NCBI GenBank assembly: GCA_964011275.1
Contig: CAXGOB010000018.1
Span: 2,951-66,950 of the forward strand
Direction: 5' to 3'
DNA: 64,000 nt
Source of the DNA: an uncultured Saprospiraceae bacterium
GTDB lineage: Bacteria > Bacteroidota > Bacteroidia > Chitinophagales > Saprospiraceae
Shown: positions 60,054 to 64,000 of the stretch, piece after piece
Position numbering within the stretch: position 1 is the first letter of the stretch
How the letters are laid out: each line of letters opens with the position of its first letter
Notes under the pieces: generated by a model
The model's database searches: none
Seen by the model: only the letters and a program-made list of their open reading frames with translations
What the model was told of the DNA's origin: nothing
Position numbers and translations under genes: made by a program

Positions 60054-61784
60054 GTGTCAATTACAATAATTAGAAATGGGCTTTATTTTGATGGCTCTGA
60101 TAAAAAAGGTAGAAAAGCGGATGTTTTAGTCAAAGAGGGGAAAATTGAAAGTATTTTACCCAAAGCTCCTAAGATTGAAGAAGCTAAAGATATAGATGCC
60201 ACAGGCAAATGGGTAACACCTGGATTTATTGATATCCATACTCATTATGATGCAGAAGTAGAAGTAATGCCAGGATTAAAGGAGTCTTTAAGGCATGGTA
60301 CCACGACAGTAGTAATGGGAAACTGTTCTATATCTGCCGCCATTGGTAAAGATGAAGATATCGTAGATCTATTTTGTCGAGTTGAAAATATGCCGGCTCA
60401 GGTTTTGACAGAATGGATAAAAGATAAAATTACTTGGAGAACACTTGGTGAATATTACGAGCATTTGGATTCACTTTCTATTGGACCAAATATTGCAAGT
60501 TTTGTAGGGCATTCTAATCTTCGAATAGCGTCAATGGGAGTGGAAAGGAGCTTCAAAAAGACTAGAGCAAATAAAGATGAAAATGCCAAAATGGTTGCCT
60601 ATCTAGAGGAAGCAATGGAGGCAGGATATTTGGGGATGTCAATTGATATGCTTCCTTTCCATAGATGGGGAGGAGTTTTCAATAAGGAGTATAAAGGGGC
60701 TTCTGTACCTTCTCAGCAAGCTTCAGTAAAAGAATATAGAAGGCTTGCTAACATTCTAAGAAAATACAACAGAGTGCTTCAGGCCACCCCTAATGCTTTA
60801 GATAAAATGTCAGGAATTCATTTGTTAGGAATGAGTGCAGGTTTATTCAGAAAACCTTTGAAGACGACCATTGTGGCTGCTATGGATTTAAAATCAGATG
60901 AAAAAATTCACAAATTGGTAACTTCTCTGGCTATCCTTGGTAAGAAGTTCTTCAATGCAGATATGAAATTTCAGGCTTTGGCTATGCCTTTCTTGAATTA
61001 TGGAGAAGGTCCTATAACTCCTTTATTTGAAGAGTTTCCTTCTATGGTAAAAGTAATTGGAGCTTCAGCGGAGGAAAGAAGGGCCTCGTTCGGGGATCCA
61101 ATTTTTAGAGATTGGTTTAGAAAGGATTGGAATCATAAATCTACTTCAGTGTTCCCAAGATTACTCAAAGAAATGACAGTGACAAAGGCTCCTGATGCAA
61201 GCCTCATTGGTCAGACATTTGAAGATTTGGCATTTAGCAAAAGTCAAGATGGATTAGATATGTTTATGGATTTGATGATCAAATATGATACAGATCTGGT
61301 TTGGAAATGCACAGCTGCTAATCATCGCGACGATGTAAGAGTTAAACTTTTGGCCCATGAAGCCACGATTCCGGGCTTTAATGATTCTGGAGCTCATAAT
61401 GTAAATATGGCTTTTCATGATGGGTCACTTCAGGCACTAAGACAATCTTTAGACTATCCTGAAATTTTTCCAATTGAAAAGGCTATTAATCGATTGACAA
61501 AAATGCCAGCTGAGTGGCTGGGGCTTGATGCTGGATCAATAGAAGAGGGTTGTCGAGCAGATATCTGTGTTATAGACCCTAAAAAGTTACATTCAGAATT
61601 AACAGAAGAACCAATTGAAGACTATCATCCAAATTTAAAAGGTGCATTTAGATATGTTAAAAGGTCTGATGGGGTAGTGAATCACGTATTTGTTAGTGGA
61701 GAAGAAGTATTTAATGATTCAAAAGGATTTGCTGATGGGCTAGGTAAGACGAAGTATGGTCAGTTGTTGAGAAGTATGAATTGA
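60054..61784 (+). CDS. amidohydrolase, N-acyl-D-amino-acid deacylase (D-aminoacylase) family
   Basis: 576 aa from a GTG start. Has the metal motif PGFIDIHTHYD, the later NDSGAHN block, and a beta-sandwich N- and C-terminal arrangement typical of D-aminoacylases. Confidence 0.7.
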   Translation: MSITIIRNGLYFDGSDKKGRKADVLVKEGKIESILPKAPKIEEAKDIDATGKWVTPGFIDIHTHYDAEVEVMPGLKESLRHGTTTVVMGNCSISAAIGKDEDIVDLFCRVENMPAQVLTEWIKDKITWRTLGEYYEHLDSLSIGPNIASFVGHSNLRIASMGVERSFKKTRANKDENAKMVAYLEEAMEAGYLGMSIDMLPFHRWGGVFNKEYKGASVPSQQASVKEYRRLANILRKYNRVLQATPNALDKMSGIHLLGMSAGLFRKPLKTTIVAAMDLKSDEKIHKLVTSLAILGKKFFNADMKFQALAMPFLNYGEGPITPLFEEFPSMVKVIGASAEERRASFGDPIFRDWFRKDWNHKSTSVFPRLLKEMTVTKAPDASLIGQTFEDLAFSKSQDGLDMFMDLMIKYDTDLVWKCTAANHRDDVRVKLLAHEATIPGFNDSGAHNVNMAFHDGSLQALRQSLDYPEIFPIEKAINRLTKMPAEWLGLDAGSIEEGCRADICVIDPKKLHSELTEEPIEDYHPNLKGAFRYVKRSDGVVNHVFVSGEEVFNDSKGFADGLGKTKYGQLLRSMN

Positions 61785-61847
61785 CCAACCTTCTATCGAT
61801 TGAATTGTAGGCACGAATCCAAAGGATGATGGCCTAAAAGAAAAAAA

Positions 61848-61878
61848 CCTCGACCTAAAAAGGTCGAGGCACTTTTTT
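61848..61878 (+). terminator. rho-independent terminator (possibly bidirectional)
   Basis: CCTCGACC-TAAAAA-GGTCGAGG perfect 8-bp hairpin followed by CACTTTTTT and preceded by an A-run. It lies between the convergent D-aminoacylase and ftsZ genes. Confidence 0.7.
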
Positions 61879-61996
61879 AATAAACCAATCTCATATTAAG
61901 AGAAATATATAGCTCTGGTAATCAGCCAGAACTTAAAAAGACGAAATCCATAACCGGGAGGTCCTATCCTATTCTCAGAAGGATATAGCTCGGTTC

Positions 61997-63457
61997 TTAG
62001 TCTACATTATCATGTAGAAAGCTGTTACCACTCTCCCTGATAGGATTGTCTTCATCCATCGTAACCTCAAATCTTGAAGTACGATCAGATGTGATTTCTC
62101 GTACACTGTCGAGTATTACATTTCTCCGCTTATAAGCTGGTTCACTCTCCATATTGGAGATAGATCTGGGATCATCCAGATTTTTCATTACTCCCTGTCG
62201 CATATAATCGCGACGGGCTTTTTCCATTTCTGCAAATTTTTCTTTTTCATTTTCATCTGCCCTTCGATTATGAGAAGGATTGCTGTAGGAAGGCTCGATC
62301 TTGTCTTCATTCCAGCTAGATGTATTTGTTACTTTATATTGATCAATCGTTGATTTTATGTCATCATCTTCAAAATCTATAGTATGAGCTTCATCACCTT
62401 CTGCTATGCCCATTACTATACCATTTTCAGGACTAAAGGCCATATCTTCATCTAAAGGAATGAATACAGTATCATCCACTTTTTTCTCTTTTACTAATGT
62501 CTTTTCATTGAACCCTGTTGCAATAATGGTTACGGATACTTTATTTCCTAATGCTTCATCTCTACATGTACCGAATATCATATCAGTACCATAACCAGCT
62601 TCTTCTTGCACGTAATCAGTGATTTCTGTAAGTTCATCCATTGTGAGTTCATCCGTGCCCGAAGTTATATTTAATAGAATATTCTTAGCACCTCGTATAT
62701 CATTGTCCTCGAGGAGTGGAGAGTTCATAGCTTCCTGAATTGCTTTCCGAGCTCTGTTGTCACCTTCAGCCACAGAATTGCCCATAATTGCTACTCCGCT
62801 TTCTTTCATCACGGTATTGACATCGGCAAAGTCAACATTTATAATACCTGCCACAGTAATAATCTCTGCTATTCCCTTGGCTGCAGTTGTCAATACGTCA
62901 TCGGCTTGTGAGAAAGCATCACCAATGGCCATATTACCATAATTGTCTTTAATCCTTTGATTAGAAATGGTCAAAATGGAATCGACATTTTTCTTCATTT
63001 CTTCTAATCCTTCCAGGGCTAGTCGCATTCTTTTTGTGCCTTCAAATTTGAATGGTAAAGTCACAATTGCAACTGTAAGGATACCCATTTCTTTAGCAAT
63101 TCGTGCTACTTCAGGAGCAGCACCAGTACCTGTGCCACCACCCATTCCGGCTGTAATAAAAATCATTTTAGTCTCTTCACCGAAATATGCTTTAAGTTCG
63201 GCTTCTGATTCTATACATGCTTGCTTTCCTACTTCTGGTTGTGAGCCTGCACCTCTTCCTTCTGTCAATGTCGGACCAAGAGATATTTTCAATGGAACCG
63301 AGTTGTTTTCCATTGCCTGATGGTCCGTATTACAAATTGCAAAACTTACTCCTGTAATACCTTGATCATACATGTGCGAAACTGCATTTCCACCGCCACC
63401 ACCGACACCTATTACTTTGATTATCGAGTCGTTATCTTTTATTCTTACTTTCTTCAT
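61997..63457 (-). CDS. ftsZ: cell division protein FtsZ
   Basis: 486 aa. Has the tubulin signature GGGTGTGAAP, the VIGVGGGGGNAV N-terminus, a long acidic linker and a C-terminal peptide. Confidence 0.97.
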   Translation of the reverse strand: MKKVRIKDNDSIIKVIGVGGGGGNAVSHMYDQGITGVSFAICNTDHQAMENNSVPLKISLGPTLTEGRGAGSQPEVGKQACIESEAELKAYFGEETKMIFITAGMGGGTGTGAAPEVARIAKEMGILTVAIVTLPFKFEGTKRMRLALEGLEEMKKNVDSILTISNQRIKDNYGNMAIGDAFSQADDVLTTAAKGIAEIITVAGIINVDFADVNTVMKESGVAIMGNSVAEGDNRARKAIQEAMNSPLLEDNDIRGAKNILLNITSGTDELTMDELTEITDYVQEEAGYGTDMIFGTCRDEALGNKVSVTIIATGFNEKTLVKEKKVDDTVFIPLDEDMAFSPENGIVMGIAEGDEAHTIDFEDDDIKSTIDQYKVTNTSSWNEDKIEPSYSNPSHNRRADENEKEKFAEMEKARRDYMRQGVMKNLDDPRSISNMESEPAYKRRNVILDSVREITSDRTSRFEVTMDEDNPIRESGNSFLHDNVD

Positions 63458-63474
63458 TTTTTGATCTTTTTGGA

Positions 63475-64000
63475 TTAGAAATCGGAGTCTGGTGTTGATT
63501 CAAAAAATTCCTTGGTATAGGTGAATAGCTTATTGAACCACTGATCTTTGTCTACGAGTTTTCGCTGTGGAGTGGTGTTATCCATGTTTTCTTCATTCAT
63601 TCCTTCATCCACAGTTTCAAAGATTTCATTTTCATAGGCCTCTTTTAGTTCTGCATTCTTGATGGCATGTATAAGTAGACCAATACTAGTGGCGTAAATT
63701 GGACTGGCAAGATTGGCATTATACCCATGAGCTAAATGCTCTATTGGTTCTCCTTTTCTGCATGACATACCTGTGTGATATTCTGCGAGTAATTCTAGAT
63801 TTTTCATTAGAGAACCACCTCCAGTAAGTACTAATCCTGCTATTAGATTCTTCTCATACCCAGATCTCTTTATTTCCCAAAAGACATAATCAAAAATCTC
63901 CTCTAATCTTGCTTGAATGATTCTTGCTAAATTCTTTTCGGATATCTCTTTGTGTTCTTTTCCTCTAAAACCAGGAATTGTAATTATGCGATTATCATAT
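63475..64000 (-). CDS. ftsA: cell division protein FtsA, C-terminal part (continues beyond the window)
   Basis: The frame is open from 63999 down to the stop at 63475: ...ITIPGFRGKEHKEISEKNLARIIQARLEEIF...GLVLTGGGSLMKNLELLAEYHTGMSCR... plus a C-terminal amphipathic tail. It lies directly upstream of ftsZ. Confidence 0.9.
   Translation of the reverse strand, partial: YDNRIITIPGFRGKEHKEISEKNLARIIQARLEEIFDYVFWEIKRSGYEKNLIAGLVLTGGGSLMKNLELLAEYHTGMSCRKGEPIEHLAHGYNANLASPIYATSIGLLIHAIKNAELKEAYENEIFETVDEGMNEENMDNTTPQRKLVDKDQWFNKLFTYTKEFFESTPDSDF

Noticed and set aside
62406-63320. Three plus-strand ORFs (62406-62594, 62757-62942, 62967-63320) inside ftsZ
   Set aside because: They are antisense shadows of the highly conserved ftsZ frame. 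They are Pro/Ser/Ala-rich with no recognisable domain.

Overview
This is an AT-rich, densely coding chromosomal window. It looks like a Bacteroidota (Cytophagia/Flavobacteriia-like) genome: many lipoprotein-type signal peptides ending in Cys, TAnnTTTG-type -7 boxes, and DUF4136, YHYH and TPR-HisKA_3 kinase families. I support about 55 protein genes. I saw no rRNA, tRNA, CRISPR array, transposase, integrase or phage genes.

Main blocks:
- 1-10959: a complete divergently transcribed purine catabolism island. One arm is xdhC-guaD-xdhA-xdhB; the other is puuD-allB-alc-uraD-hiuH-unknown-purine permease.
- 13118-17933: an Spt-like alpha-oxoamine synthase, a GNAT and an SDR/epimerase, which is a candidate ceramide or sulfonolipid locus.
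- 18-25 kb: envelope and lipid genes (ECF sigma pair, GT2, patatin-like, BASS, PlsC-like).
- 26009-28011: a YHYH-MORN-SCO1 operon.
- 28223-31503: a TAT-dependent GMC oxidoreductase module.
- 31.7-47 kb: housekeeping and miscellaneous genes (gpsA, decarboxylases, carbonic anhydrase, peptidases, recG).
- 36-52 kb: a zone of damaged genes. These are a bestrophin-family gene with an in-frame TGA, a heavily decayed mannitol-dehydrogenase-family pseudogene, a TPR sensor kinase with an in-frame TAG next to its frameshifted response regulator, and a ferredoxin/class III cyclase/globin fusion with an in-frame TAA.
- 52-64 kb: metabolic genes, ending in ftsZ and a partial ftsA.

The most interesting candidates are the Fe-S/heme-flanked nucleotidyl cyclase, the uncharacterised 479-aa gene inside the purine operon, the ceramide-like gene trio, and the unusual density of single-lesion genes. 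All functional calls come from motif recognition by eye. No database search was run.
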